DNA of 64,000 bases from a virus. Lineage: Duplodnaviria > Caudoviricetes. Positions 53,201-62,601 of this stretch are shown in pieces (the first letter of the stretch is position 1; each line of letters begins with the position of its first letter). The notes beneath the pieces were generated by a model that saw nothing but the letters and a program-made list of their open reading frames with translations, was not told the DNA's origin and searched no databases. The stretch spans positions 767 through 64,766 of IMG/VR virus record IMGVR_UViG_3300034198_007771. The stretch is one strand, 5' to 3'. The translations under genes were made by a program, and so were the position numbers.

Positions 53201-54986
53201 TCCAGGTCTCAGTGCCGCTGCCTCCTGTACCGACATAGCCCCGCTTCTTCAGTACGTCCCCGATCTCCGGGGCTGCATACATGCGGATCGAAGCCGTACC
53301 TTTGCCCGCAAGGTCCCGTTCTATGAAGTGCAGAGCGTCGTCGAACGAACCGTCCGCGATAGCCGCTGGGTCTATGCTTGGTAGCAGATCTGCGGTATCG
53401 TTAGCCGTGACGACGTTGACTGTGCCCTTCTGGGTCATACCCTGCCCAACAACGTGATACAGCCCTTCCTGCGGAGCGTAGGCGAACGTGCCGGTCTTGC
53501 TGACAGGCTGTGCCAACCACATCTCCTCCCATAGTTGATCAGGCGTACGGTCGAACACCTGGGCGATATCATCGATGTGGCTCTTGCCAACATACCCCGG
53601 CAGGATCTTTAGACCGTTAACGTCAGGCACCGCGTCGGCATCAATACGGTCGATGATTGACTTCCACGTCGGGTTATTCAACAGTTCGTTGACAGCGGGC
53701 GTGCCTTCCTTGAACGCACGGTACACCATGTCTCGACCACCGCTCGTGTTAAGCGTACGGATGAGGCTCTGGTGATTGCTGCGTGCCCATGATGGCGTGT
53801 TGAGCCCGCCGATCTGTTCGAGCCTGCGAAGCTCGTCAGACTTGCGTCGGTGGAAGTAGTCGATGTACGGATCGACCATGTCGCTTTCACCAGCACCGAA
53901 TGACTTCAGCTTCTGGTTCCACGAATCCTTCAGGGACCGCATCTGCTGAATCAAAGCGAGGTGTGGCTCTGGGATTGTCTCTCGCATCTGCTGGTACAGC
54001 GGCTCAAGCTGCATGTCGTCATACAGATTGTCATCGCCGACCAGCTTGACCTTTGTTCCGTTTGGCGACCGGTCGATACGCTCGATCTGGTACGTCTTGT
54101 TGTTCATCGACACAACGTCGTTCGGCAGCAGACCACCTTCATCTGGGTTGTAGATGCCCTCGAAGGCACGACGCTCGGCGTCCATGCGGGCACGTACCCG
54201 AACAGGCGAATCATCACGCATAATGTTCGTTGGGTCAGTCATGTCGAGGTCTGGGTTCTCGATCAAGTTAAACTTGTTGACACGGGCACTGTTGGCCAGT
54301 TCTGTGACGTGCAGATTCGCCGTCTCGCGGTATGCCTTCGCTGCGGTGCGTGCCTGCTCAGCCATAGGCATGACAAACGGGTCTGTGATACCAGCCGACG
54401 GGGCGTTGAACAGAGACTTCACGCCTCGCGTGGCCTTACCCGCTTGCTTCAGTATGTTTGAAGCGATGTTCTCAGGCAGCGTATCGAATGCGTACTTCGC
54501 GGCACCGCCCAACTTTCGCACTAGTGGGTGGGCACGTCCAGCCGTGCTTGTCAGTGCCCGGCCTGCTGCGGTAGCACCCATGAATGACTTCGTTGCCGGG
54601 CCGAATGGGTCGAGAACCATCTCAGCACCGAAACCTGCGAGGTCTCGTAGCCCTTCGCCGGGGTCGGACAGCCAGCCCATCATGCCGGTCTCACGGTTCT
54701 TCCGCATGCCGTACGCCTCAAGCAGATCACGCCCCGAGGTACGGTTCTTGCTGGACAGCGGTGTCATCCACTGGTCGAACGACCCGGCCAGACCTTTGCC
54801 AGCCAACAGGTCACGCACGGATGAACCCGGCAAGTCGAGGAAGTTCCCGACGGAAGCAACGGCCCCGAGACCAGCACCGCCGACGCTGGACAGCGTGTCC
54901 ATCAGGTCGGTTGACTCAGGCTGGTTAAGAGATCGGGCCGCTGGAATTGCGGCTCGTGCGGATAGTAGTTCGGCTACGCTTGGCAT
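50265..54986 (-). CDS. Large internal virion / ejection protein (1573 aa)
   Basis: Size, helical composition, FFPFYSF C-terminal motif typical of large polyvalent/ejected proteins. Confidence 0.7.
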   Translation of the reverse strand: MPSVAELLSARAAIPAARSLNQPESTDLMDTLSSVGGAGLGAVASVGNFLDLPGSSVRDLLAGKGLAGSFDQWMTPLSSKNRTSGRDLLEAYGMRKNRETGMMGWLSDPGEGLRDLAGFGAEMVLDPFGPATKSFMGATAAGRALTSTAGRAHPLVRKLGGAAKYAFDTLPENIASNILKQAGKATRGVKSLFNAPSAGITDPFVMPMAEQARTAAKAYRETANLHVTELANSARVNKFNLIENPDLDMTDPTNIMRDDSPVRVRARMDAERRAFEGIYNPDEGGLLPNDVVSMNNKTYQIERIDRSPNGTKVKLVGDDNLYDDMQLEPLYQQMRETIPEPHLALIQQMRSLKDSWNQKLKSFGAGESDMVDPYIDYFHRRKSDELRRLEQIGGLNTPSWARSNHQSLIRTLNTSGGRDMVYRAFKEGTPAVNELLNNPTWKSIIDRIDADAVPDVNGLKILPGYVGKSHIDDIAQVFDRTPDQLWEEMWLAQPVSKTGTFAYAPQEGLYHVVGQGMTQKGTVNVVTANDTADLLPSIDPAAIADGSFDDALHFIERDLAGKGTASIRMYAAPEIGDVLKKRGYVGTGGSGTETWTKKINAMQPGTDPKYSMPTHVTKEQFKTRLQEIIAAEQNDIATGAKQGYQPGRGWWKSWTELRPNADGSERVLNLDLSKTQLAKVDLPTLDALRQTGGFRNITDYDVARAALDSGKEVHLGWRPATKGRPAEFVMVTPTQRSKVVEQATKKLSTVDQMIDDNPLTAKEVIHDELHQGITRNYKDKVDQWMPTLDDRGNAVAVGQVADDVHAETVQGWHKTILDGNIQNRIDEGKNLTKPQRSLLRLSDESLEALLFPPAVREQIAGMRTKAGIAQDMTIGIEDRHRALAIETADHVEKRYSKLYESWAPKSGHDYLAKAGSKVAYFEALRDNLTNLRQGRDKFPDMFGTGVSPNNVQTTLDLKAKMGMSFEEALDAGFFSGAVNKNTFLENMRQHWIGQGFFKSVDDPKEIAKQIKEIMSLRAPADTWSQMKTLNEGVTMFDLPELDTPKKMMSSLMSLTKSGYLSYSPATAIRDGLSSAVNAVVMGDMSPLAYMKKAKSAWSFSNGAVPLDIPEGVAEIEQYLASRSIPSTPRSRGEAFQNFWNAHHMSGSIHPNVVTADAMRMAESDSPLSVLGNQPGNTSIKQEFLGGLQRTVQAPGVLGKAKEAILPAGTYVKDDLGRWVQKSTSGPIVAAMNGLRSKIDNLNRAVFVMDRLDKTKSLADAFEASDKFLLNADPQNFTRFEHQYMKTFFPFYSFMRQTIPMYMTELMANPGGKLGNLIRATRLGQGDEKGYVPYQYQDSAAIPLGKTDDGNIKYLTSFGLMHEDAVKYAGNALQMDLRGLMQQAAASSNPAMKWFIEHSTNTSLFSQGPMGGRRLDDLDPSIGRLLTNLGLQDAEASGRATPFGSPTLESLAAAGPASRLLSMAKIASDTRTGAGEKVLRLLSGVRIENVTPEQITRDLRDRLNAIQIASGARPLTIVSGSEKLVEHLKATGQPETAAVLERINKALAAQRRAVAAEDKPANSRTVVDMLRQAQ

Positions 54987-56377
54987 CACTTACCGCCGTA
55001 CTTAGATCTAACGATAGCTTTGTACCTGTCGTACCACTCCGAGAGCTTGGCGTCCGGGGCGTTATCTGGGATGTCGTGGAGTTCTTTCCACAACGGGCCG
55101 AAGTCGGACGTTTGTGCGGGAGATGTTGAGTTCCACACGCTGTGGAAGACGAATGGGTCTTCGTCTCCCGGCTTCTTCTTCGCCGTGCGAGCCACCTCCT
55201 GCAGTTTACGAATATCCGCCGGGGGTATGTCTACGGACCCTGCCTGTGTCGCAGCGAACAGTCCTGCCTGTGCTGCCGTAGGTGACATGTCGTCAGGTGT
55301 CAAGCCGATAGTCTGGGTGAGGAAAGGGTCCGGCTGATACCCGGGATGTACATCAGACGCTGGTACCCCAGACACTCGTAGAGTCAAAGCATCCTGAGCA
55401 GCTTGGAAGTTTTCCGCGGTACGTGGCTTATCAATGGCCATCGGGTTTTGCATCGTGGAGGCTTCGGACTTCTTGCCCATGTTCTGCTGAAACGACTTGT
55501 ACGCCTCTGGGTGCAAAGCTGCAGCTTCGGGAGACATCGGGTTCATCCCACGCATAACGTCACGCTTGAACCTGGCCTGCTCTCGCTTGCTTTGCCGAGA
55601 CTGAATGCCGAACTGGCGGGCACTCATACCTCCATGCTCGTCCTTGAACTTCTGAACCCTGTTGGCCGTCATCGCAGCCTTGTCCGCACGCTGTCCCTGG
55701 TCTGCTTGATACGCTGCGTACAGGTTCGGATTTTCTGCCTGCAACTTTTCCAATGCCTGTGACCGCTTCATCGGGTTACGCAGACCGGGGTATATCCCTT
55801 CGACGGCACCCGCCTTGTTCGTGTACGCCATGCCGCCGTCCGCTGTTCGCTTCGCGTAGGCACCGCTCTGAGCGGTCGGATCAATCGTCTGCCCACTGGC
55901 GAGCTTGCCAGCCAGCAAAGCATCAGACGCCTGCGTACGGGCCATACGAGCGTTTGCATCGAGCGAAGCCTGTGATACGGCCGGAGCCCCGCCGAAGCGT
56001 GCTGCGAGATTTGTAGGGTCGAACACGGTAGGACCTTGTGCCCCGGGTCGGCCGGGTGCTGCAGCTTGGCCGTACTGCCCGACATATCCGTTGACCATGC
56101 TTGCTTGGAAAGGGTTGTACATGGTCATACTGCCAGCCCGCTGCGTTGCGTCCAGAGATGATGTTCCGTACCCCGGGTTGGCCTGCATGAACTGAGCGTT
56201 GGCCCGGGCTTCTACGGCAGCCGGAGCGATCGGGTTCGGCATGGACGGTCTACGTGTAGAGGTCTGCAGGTTTGGCTGTGGACTACCCGCCGGGTAGAAC
56301 ATGCTTGTCAGGCCCATCTGCTGACCTGATGGCTTGCGGTACGACTGGCGAGGGTTGAACATGTTGCCTTGGATCAC
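54986..56377 (-). CDS. Putative internal virion protein (Ala/Gln/Pro-rich)
   Basis: 463 aa directly upstream of the large ejection protein. Confidence 0.6.
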   Translation of the reverse strand: MIQGNMFNPRQSYRKPSGQQMGLTSMFYPAGSPQPNLQTSTRRPSMPNPIAPAAVEARANAQFMQANPGYGTSSLDATQRAGSMTMYNPFQASMVNGYVGQYGQAAAPGRPGAQGPTVFDPTNLAARFGGAPAVSQASLDANARMARTQASDALLAGKLASGQTIDPTAQSGAYAKRTADGGMAYTNKAGAVEGIYPGLRNPMKRSQALEKLQAENPNLYAAYQADQGQRADKAAMTANRVQKFKDEHGGMSARQFGIQSRQSKREQARFKRDVMRGMNPMSPEAAALHPEAYKSFQQNMGKKSEASTMQNPMAIDKPRTAENFQAAQDALTLRVSGVPASDVHPGYQPDPFLTQTIGLTPDDMSPTAAQAGLFAATQAGSVDIPPADIRKLQEVARTAKKKPGDEDPFVFHSVWNSTSPAQTSDFGPLWKELHDIPDNAPDAKLSEWYDRYKAIVRSKYGGK

Positions 56378-56408
56378 GGTTCTCTCCTGTAGGAAATTCG
56401 AGCTTTAC

Positions 56409-56437
56409 AGGATACCAGCCTTGACAAACCCTGTCCA
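56409..56437 (-). promoter_or_regulatory. Sigma70-like promoter
   Basis: TGGACA-17-TATCCT in intergenic gap. Confidence 0.45.
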
Positions 56438-56450
56438 GTACAAACGCAGC

Positions 56451-56476
56451 GAGCCCGGCCAGTAAAGGCCGGGCTC
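56451..56476 (-). terminator. GC-rich hairpin after glycosyltransferase gene
   Basis: GAGCCCGGCC/GGCCGGGCTC; weak U tract. Confidence 0.45.
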
Positions 56477-56501
56477 TCCCAAAGCTGCGTTGCATTCCTG
56501 A

Positions 56502-58655
56502 CTATTTATCCGTCAGGGTCGTGCCGTAACTATGGTTTCGTGCCCAGAACAGACCGTGATCCGAGGAGTACGCTTTCACCCGGTAGACCTCGAACCCTTG
56601 TGATTCCAGGTAGGACTTGAGCCCGTCTATCGTCCACGGTCTACCGCCACTGATGTCGAGAACTTGTGACCTCTGGGCTCCGTGGTGGTACTCACCGAGG
56701 ATGTGCTCACAGCGGTGAAGTTCCTTCGATGTGTAGAGTATCGGGTACTCACTGCCCTCACAATCCAACTTCAGGATGTGGATTAACCCGTACCTCCGGA
56801 GTACGTTATCAAGCGATATGGTAGGGGCAGTCACTTGGCCTTTGGAAACACCGAGTACCGCGGACAGCGATCCGCTGTGGTGCTCCCTGTGGTGGAAGTC
56901 CAAGGGCAGTGTCGTGTCTGGTATGTCTGACCGCCACACCGCGTTCCCAAAGACCTCTGATCGCATGCCGAACTCTGCCAAGTTATTTCGGGCAAGCCTA
57001 GCGACCGGTCCCGGTTCAAACCCGACGGCCTTACCGGCACCTCGCCGCAGGCAGGCGTAGCTGAACGCTCCACTGTTGGCACCGATGTCAATGACTGTCG
57101 CATTGCTGTCGATCGATGGCCCGAGTAGATACTCATTCGCTGCAAGTACGTCCATCCAGGTGACGACGCCGATCCTGTCGTCGATCTCAAAATGGTCCTC
57201 GGGTCGCATGGCTTTCAGAGCGTCATCGACAGACCCATCGAGGAATTCCAGAGGTGACTTGAACTTCGCTGCTTCTTCGAGGTACTGGTTGCTTGCCCGA
57301 TCAAGGTTCTGGATGTGGTGCCCGTTGTTGATATGGCCCTTCCTGTGGCAAGCATGCTGAAACAGCTTTTCCCCGCCCGGTGCTAGGTGCTCGTAGAACC
57401 CACCGGGGTTCCACCTATTCCACTTTTCTACTCGGTACGGTGTCTTCGTCAGGAAGAAGCCCATGTGGAAGTCTGTCTTGTCGCCGTACCACACACCGCG
57501 TTCGCCGCCGTTGTACCCGCCCCAGTAGTCGGCATGGTCAGCCAGATGTTTCACGACATACAAAGCTCGTGCGGCCCGTACCTTGTCGATGAACATCTGC
57601 CCGGCTTCAATGTCCGGGATCTTGTCACGGCGGGTCTCACCCATGCGGTTCCACAGATCTGCGTAGACGTACCCGTGGAAGTCATTCACGTCCGGGTTGT
57701 CCCGCCAGAACAGAGCGGCGTGTTCTGCAAACTCTGGTGAGTCGAACATGAACTCCGGGTTCTGCACCGGTAGACAGTCTGCATCCAGATGGAGGACCTC
57801 ATCATACTCGCTCTGAAGAATCGCGTTGATCTTGACTTGCCAACCGTGGACACATCGCATCTGTGTCGTGTCAATCACATGACACGTCGCCGCAACGCGG
57901 CGGGCGTAAAGTTCGCAGTGTTCAATCTCCTCCATTTCACCGGGCAGGAACCAAAACTGGATCGGTAGTCGACAGCCTCTGGACCGCAGGTTCCATGCTA
58001 CAGCGAAGGCTCCCCAGAAATAAAACTGTGGTGCCTTCTTGTCGTAGATCGTGCAACGGCCTCCGGCTGGGATAAGGATGGCTCGGCTTGCGTCCGGCTT
58101 TCGATCCGACAGTGGTATCTTCGCGGCCTCGTCAATCGCCTGCCTCAGCAGGTCCCTATGGTACTCAACGACGTTCGGCCAGTTCCTCCAGCCCTTCGGC
58201 CACTTATCTGCCGGAGACTGCAGCCGGATAGAAAGTTCGGACTGAGACGTACCTTGGTGTGGTGCATTTTCCGCCATGTCTATAGCCTCGTTCACTAAAC
58301 TCCGGAGTTGACGTCTACCCTCCAGCCTACCAATAACCGGTACCTTCAGGGCCATCCGTATGACGCTGGATACGTTACTGTTCGTGCTGGCCTCCTCGAA
58401 CAGGTGGTCTACGATCTCGCCGATATGCTTGCGGCACCCCTCGACACCCCAAGCGTTCATCTTGTTGATCCACTCTTGGCATTTACACGCGGCCACGCGA
58501 ACTTCGTACCTAGACTTCAGAAGATCGCTAAGACAGTTTCCTGGGGTACCAGAAGATACGCCACCTCCCCTGGGCATCGTTTTACCCTGTTGGGTTATCG
58601 ACCTAGCCCATTCAAGGCGTTGCTCAGGGGTCATGTCTGACGGTTTCAACCGCAT
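56502..58655 (-). CDS. Cys-rich domain + GT-A glycosyltransferase (GT71/mannosyltransferase-like) + FkbM methyltransferase fusion
   Basis: GWQVK..AIL, VLHLDAD, WYGDK; VIDIGANSG, LKLDCEGSEY. Confidence 0.85.
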   Translation of the reverse strand: MRLKPSDMTPEQRLEWARSITQQGKTMPRGGGVSSGTPGNCLSDLLKSRYEVRVAACKCQEWINKMNAWGVEGCRKHIGEIVDHLFEEASTNSNVSSVIRMALKVPVIGRLEGRRQLRSLVNEAIDMAENAPHQGTSQSELSIRLQSPADKWPKGWRNWPNVVEYHRDLLRQAIDEAAKIPLSDRKPDASRAILIPAGGRCTIYDKKAPQFYFWGAFAVAWNLRSRGCRLPIQFWFLPGEMEEIEHCELYARRVAATCHVIDTTQMRCVHGWQVKINAILQSEYDEVLHLDADCLPVQNPEFMFDSPEFAEHAALFWRDNPDVNDFHGYVYADLWNRMGETRRDKIPDIEAGQMFIDKVRAARALYVVKHLADHADYWGGYNGGERGVWYGDKTDFHMGFFLTKTPYRVEKWNRWNPGGFYEHLAPGGEKLFQHACHRKGHINNGHHIQNLDRASNQYLEEAAKFKSPLEFLDGSVDDALKAMRPEDHFEIDDRIGVVTWMDVLAANEYLLGPSIDSNATVIDIGANSGAFSYACLRRGAGKAVGFEPGPVARLARNNLAEFGMRSEVFGNAVWRSDIPDTTLPLDFHHREHHSGSLSAVLGVSKGQVTAPTISLDNVLRRYGLIHILKLDCEGSEYPILYTSKELHRCEHILGEYHHGAQRSQVLDISGGRPWTIDGLKSYLESQGFEVYRVKAYSSDHGLFWARNHSYGTTLTDK

Positions 58656-58815
58656 ATCTTTCGCTCCTCTGCCTCGCTCTAGCCGATTCAGTACGTAAAT
58701 CGTACTCAGCCTTTGCCGCCTCAACCCTCTCAAAAACCGCTACCGTCGCCGGTCTCGACACTGCCAGAGTTATTGACACCCCGATAATGAGTAGTACCGT
58801 CTGTACTTCTTGCAT
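58624..58815 (-). CDS. Small membrane protein
   Basis: N-terminal TM; fills gap. Confidence 0.45.
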   Translation of the reverse strand: MQEVQTVLLIIGVSITLAVSRPATVAVFERVEAAKAEYDLRTESARARQRSERYAVETVRHDP

Positions 58816-58819
58816 GTGG

Positions 58820-59236
58820 TCATCCCGTAGTTATCACGACTTGAATAGAAGTGGAGTCGCATCCGTCGTAGCACGGGATGTCATACACCAGTATCAACCC
58901 CGCCTCGCTAGGTGGGCAGGACAAAGCCGTCATTATCGCAGCCCCGAATATGCCGTCACATATACACCCACCCTCGTAGAAGATCGATATCGCGGCGGCA
59001 CATTCCTCGAACTGACACTGAAACGACGTGTTGCGGCCGTTTTCATCCGGGTAGTCCCCTTCCACCCGATACAAGAACACTTCCTCCCCGTCCTCCCCTG
59101 GGTCTAATTGGTTGGCAGCTTGGACAGTTATGCCCAGCGACGGGAACGTAACATCGACCAGCCAGGGGTATATCGTACCCGGAGGGCAAGGCGAACACTC
59201 GTCAGATACCTCACAACAACACTCGTTGACAGCCAT
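58820..59236 (-). CDS. Cys-rich acidic tail-region protein
   Basis: ECCC...CSPC N-terminus. Confidence 0.65.
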   Translation of the reverse strand: MAVNECCCEVSDECSPCPPGTIYPWLVDVTFPSLGITVQAANQLDPGEDGEEVFLYRVEGDYPDENGRNTSFQCQFEECAAAISIFYEGGCICDGIFGAAIMTALSCPPSEAGLILVYDIPCYDGCDSTSIQVVITTG

Positions 59237-59238
59237 GC

Positions 59239-60186
59239 TTAGCTCCCTGACCCACTCCCGGTCGGACACGGATCTGCGTATGTGTCAATCTCATCCCCAA
59301 AGTACCAGATACGTTTGTACTCAGTGAACCTGAGCCCCGTCTCTGGGCAGCATTCAATCTGCGTAGGTACCTTCAACGCACACCTCAGTCGCCTACCGAT
59401 GATAACTGTCCACCCGGCCCAGTCAGGCCCGCTGCCTGACCCGCTCCCAGATCCTGACCCAGAACCGCAGTCCCCCGTCGGCATCTTCACCAGCCCGACA
59501 GGGCCTGCCTTATACCCAGCAGGAACCAAGGCCCTGACAGTCTGCCCACCTGATCCGCTACCAGACCCTGAACCTGAAGTGTTACACAGGTCCAACGTCA
59601 TGTGGAGGAACGAACATGTACCTCCAGACCCGCTACCAGACCCTGAGCCACCACTGCCAGACCCGGTGTCGCATCCACAGGTGTCGGACTCGAACTCTGC
59701 CTCCGAGGCGTAGTCGTACAGGGTTATACTCTGGAACGAATCGTCCTTGCCGGAGTCCTCGTCCAGGTACCCCCAGCTTACGTCCAGCGAAGCCCCGCCA
59801 CCACCGATCTGGACTACAACGCCAACACCGTCGACAGCTTGGTGAAGCACACGCCAGCCGGTACCGCTGGTCGACATGTACCACTCACCGGACACAGGCC
59901 CCACCTCGTCGCCGACCGTTGGATCACCGTCGATCAGTACCTGCCGTGGTCGGTCCCATACGAACGACTCGCCATGCTTCGTTGGTACGATCGGTACAGG
60001 CCCGTTGACAAAGAACAGCCCGACGGTGTCGTTCGGCTTGTCTGCCTGGCTCGACCCCGACGTGTAGTTCGCTCTCAGTTGAACAACCCCGAAAGCTGGT
60101 ACATCTTCGGACGCTACGTTCTTCCAAGGTATCGCCCGAGCCAGGTTGTAGTCTGCTCGGTTAGGCCCTCTGTTTCTCTCAGTCAT
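59239..60186 (-). CDS. Tail-tip protein with (GS)n linkers
   Basis: N-domain EDVPAFGVV; four GSGSGS tracts with interspersed Cys. Confidence 0.7.
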   Translation of the reverse strand: MTERNRGPNRADYNLARAIPWKNVASEDVPAFGVVQLRANYTSGSSQADKPNDTVGLFFVNGPVPIVPTKHGESFVWDRPRQVLIDGDPTVGDEVGPVSGEWYMSTSGTGWRVLHQAVDGVGVVVQIGGGGASLDVSWGYLDEDSGKDDSFQSITLYDYASEAEFESDTCGCDTGSGSGGSGSGSGSGGTCSFLHMTLDLCNTSGSGSGSGSGGQTVRALVPAGYKAGPVGLVKMPTGDCGSGSGSGSGSGSGPDWAGWTVIIGRRLRCALKVPTQIECCPETGLRFTEYKRIWYFGDEIDTYADPCPTGSGSGS

Positions 60187-61834
60187 CTGTATTCCTCACA
60201 CGAGCCGTCCGCACCCGCTCCATCCGGGATGATGCCCCGGCCTGCATAGCCCTCAAGTGTGCCACACGCTGAGCCCGGCTCGGGACACCGCGGTCGAACT
60301 CATAGTTGCGACTTGCAGATGTTCGGTTTACCGCGTGCCCGTGTTCGCCGCAGGTCAGAACGTGCTGCACTTGCAGGATAGCCCCGTCACACCGTAATGT
60401 CAACTTAGGTTTGTTGTATGCTACGAACTGGCTGGCTGACGTAACGAACATACCGGCTGCAGCTACTGCAGCGGCATCACCAATGTCATCCAGGGCGGAC
60501 TGATTCGTAGTCGTACCGGTGACAACGTGAGACGTGTTATACTGCACGATCGTCGTGGCGTACTGCTCGTGTTTTATCTTGTGGTACCCAACTCCTGCTG
60601 CGTCCACGCTCACGTCGTACACGTAGTTGTTGTACTGGTTCGTCGTGCTGTTTCGGACAGCAATGACACACTCAAGATAGAGTTCGGCTGGCTTGAAAAC
60701 TGGCGTACCTGCTGTGTCGATCCAGTAGACCGGTTCCTCGAAAATGAGAACTCCGTTCTCACCGTCGAGATGGTACTGCCTGCCGACAACCGGATCACCG
60801 ATGGCTGTTGTCTCGCTACCGGGCACGACCGGGTTGGCCAGTTCACGTTCGGACTTTCGGTACTTACCGTAGACGCGGTACGGAATATAGCTGTTGTCCG
60901 ACCGCAGGTCCTCCGTCTCAAGCAGTCTTGACTGGAGCGGCAGGATGTCCTTCAGGCCGGACACAGTTCCCGAGCCGTCTGGCGGGTCCCACGTACCGTC
61001 AGCAAATCCCATGACGCGGTATGCAGAACGGACGTACGCCTTCGCTGCGGCAGCCTCGTCATCCGTCAGTGCGTCAGCAGCATCGCCGAGGGACACCGGT
61101 ACCGTATTCTCCCACGTACCACTCGGTGCGAATGACAGACTGTTGATCGGCTTCCACGATCCGTCTGTGTCGAGCCCTACCGCTTCCAGCTTCAGACGTA
61201 CCTGAGCCAGTGACGTGGCGAAACAGTTTCGCACGTACCGCGGGATGAGCTTCGGGTCGATGGTGTCCGAACCAACAAACCGATCCGTCGTTGAAAGGGT
61301 CGCTCCGGTGCCGAGCCGAACAATCGTAACAGCCTCGGAGCCAAACCCGAGAGCGACCGTGTATCCATACTCTGACAGCAATGCGTCGGCTGCCTCTACA
61401 ATATCTTCGCATTGCCACGACACTGGTGGGTAGATGTCTGTCGGCAAAGCTGACACGTCAGCCGTGGCTTCACCGAGAGCTACCATGAGCAGCGAGCCAA
61501 GCTGTCTCAACGTCTTCGTCCGTGTGACAACCCCAGCCCGAAGGATGTTGTACTCGCCAGAGATACCGGCGTTGTTCCGCCACAGTTCTCTGCGGTCCAG
61601 AACCTTCAGCAACATGTACCGCCCGTCGTCCGTCAGGCGTAGCGTACCGAGGTCAACAACGCAGTTCGGGAGCGTGATGGTCACACCGTCCCAGTACATC
61701 GAGATTGTGCCGGACGTAGCGATGCTTGCAGACTGGGGATTGAACCGCAGCATCGCTACGTCCGGAGTCCAGCCCACGCTCTGCGTGTACGTCAATTCGA
61801 CCGGGCTGGAGATGCTGCTGAACGACCAGGTCAT
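60179..61834 (-). CDS. Putative tail hub / baseplate protein
   Basis: 551 aa beta-rich; LDRRELW motif; tail module position. Confidence 0.55.
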   Translation of the reverse strand: MTWSFSSISSPVELTYTQSVGWTPDVAMLRFNPQSASIATSGTISMYWDGVTITLPNCVVDLGTLRLTDDGRYMLLKVLDRRELWRNNAGISGEYNILRAGVVTRTKTLRQLGSLLMVALGEATADVSALPTDIYPPVSWQCEDIVEAADALLSEYGYTVALGFGSEAVTIVRLGTGATLSTTDRFVGSDTIDPKLIPRYVRNCFATSLAQVRLKLEAVGLDTDGSWKPINSLSFAPSGTWENTVPVSLGDAADALTDDEAAAAKAYVRSAYRVMGFADGTWDPPDGSGTVSGLKDILPLQSRLLETEDLRSDNSYIPYRVYGKYRKSERELANPVVPGSETTAIGDPVVGRQYHLDGENGVLIFEEPVYWIDTAGTPVFKPAELYLECVIAVRNSTTNQYNNYVYDVSVDAAGVGYHKIKHEQYATTIVQYNTSHVVTGTTTNQSALDDIGDAAAVAAAGMFVTSASQFVAYNKPKLTLRCDGAILQVQHVLTCGEHGHAVNRTSASRNYEFDRGVPSRAQRVAHLRAMQAGASSRMERVRTARVRNTDD

Positions 61835-61836
61835 TG

Positions 61837-62601
61837 TCAGAACTCCGATACGCTAGGTAGATCGAAGGCTGAAAATCCAAAATCATTTGTGGCTTCCATG
61901 AAGTACTTCCACGACGTAGCAAACATCTCGTTGCCGCCCACGACTTTGTCTCGTGCTGTCTCGAACGTACGGACTCGCATCTCGCCATGCTCGATACCCG
62001 GGAACAGCGGTTCCGCTGGTGGGTACCAGTCTTGCCGTCCGATGTTCTCGCCTTCCTGCACGTACCAGAAGCTGGTAGCCGTCTGAAGGATCTGCAGTTC
62101 CGGGGTCCCGACTTCGCGTGGGCTGTACCGCCACTTCGGACCACCGGTGCCGCGGATCGTTACTCGCTCACTCCAGTCGTACAGCCCGTCGCCTACACGG
62201 ATCTCTGCCCGGAGTACGATGTAGTACGTTCGTCGGTCAACGTACTCGACTCGGCCAGTCCAGGGTCCATTCATGAACGACGGCGGGACTTCTACCTTGG
62301 TGCCGCCGAATGTCTCTGCGTTGGTGACGATGTGCCGGGTAGGCGTTGTGCCATCGTCGTGGTACAGACCGAAGTCCTGGTAGTCCACGTTGTACGCATC
62401 GGTCAGTGCCTGCAGAGCCGTGGTTAAGTTGGCCTTCGTCGTCTCATCGTCGGTATCGAACGGGACAATCTTCACGCCGATGATCGTGTACTCAATCATG
62501 TCGCCCATACGGCGGTTGAACTTGTCGAAGATCCCTTGAACTGAGGTGCGTACCATCACCTCGTCTTGGTCGTGGGTGTAACTGCCGTACTTGAATATCA
62601 T
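61837..62601 (-). CDS. Putative distal tail protein
   Basis: 254 aa beta-rich, upstream of hub-like gene. Confidence 0.5.
   Translation of the reverse strand: MIFKYGSYTHDQDEVMVRTSVQGIFDKFNRRMGDMIEYTIIGVKIVPFDTDDETTKANLTTALQALTDAYNVDYQDFGLYHDDGTTPTRHIVTNAETFGGTKVEVPPSFMNGPWTGRVEYVDRRTYYIVLRAEIRVGDGLYDWSERVTIRGTGGPKWRYSPREVGTPELQILQTATSFWYVQEGENIGRQDWYPPAEPLFPGIEHGEMRVRTFETARDKVVGGNEMFATSWKYFMEATNDFGFSAFDLPSVSEF

Noticed and set aside
50265-54986. Virion RNA polymerase
   Set aside because: No DxDGD or T7/N4-type polymerase motifs recognised; a structure search would be needed to exclude it fully
9424-54986. Diversity-generating retroelement (TR/VR) explaining the duplicated segment
   Set aside because: No reverse transcriptase; both copies are coding N-termini and differences are not adenine-specific
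50284-55005. Long + strand ORFs (238-300 aa) opposite large genes, and similar ones elsewhere
   Set aside because: Antisense shadows of GC-rich coding sequence with no motifs
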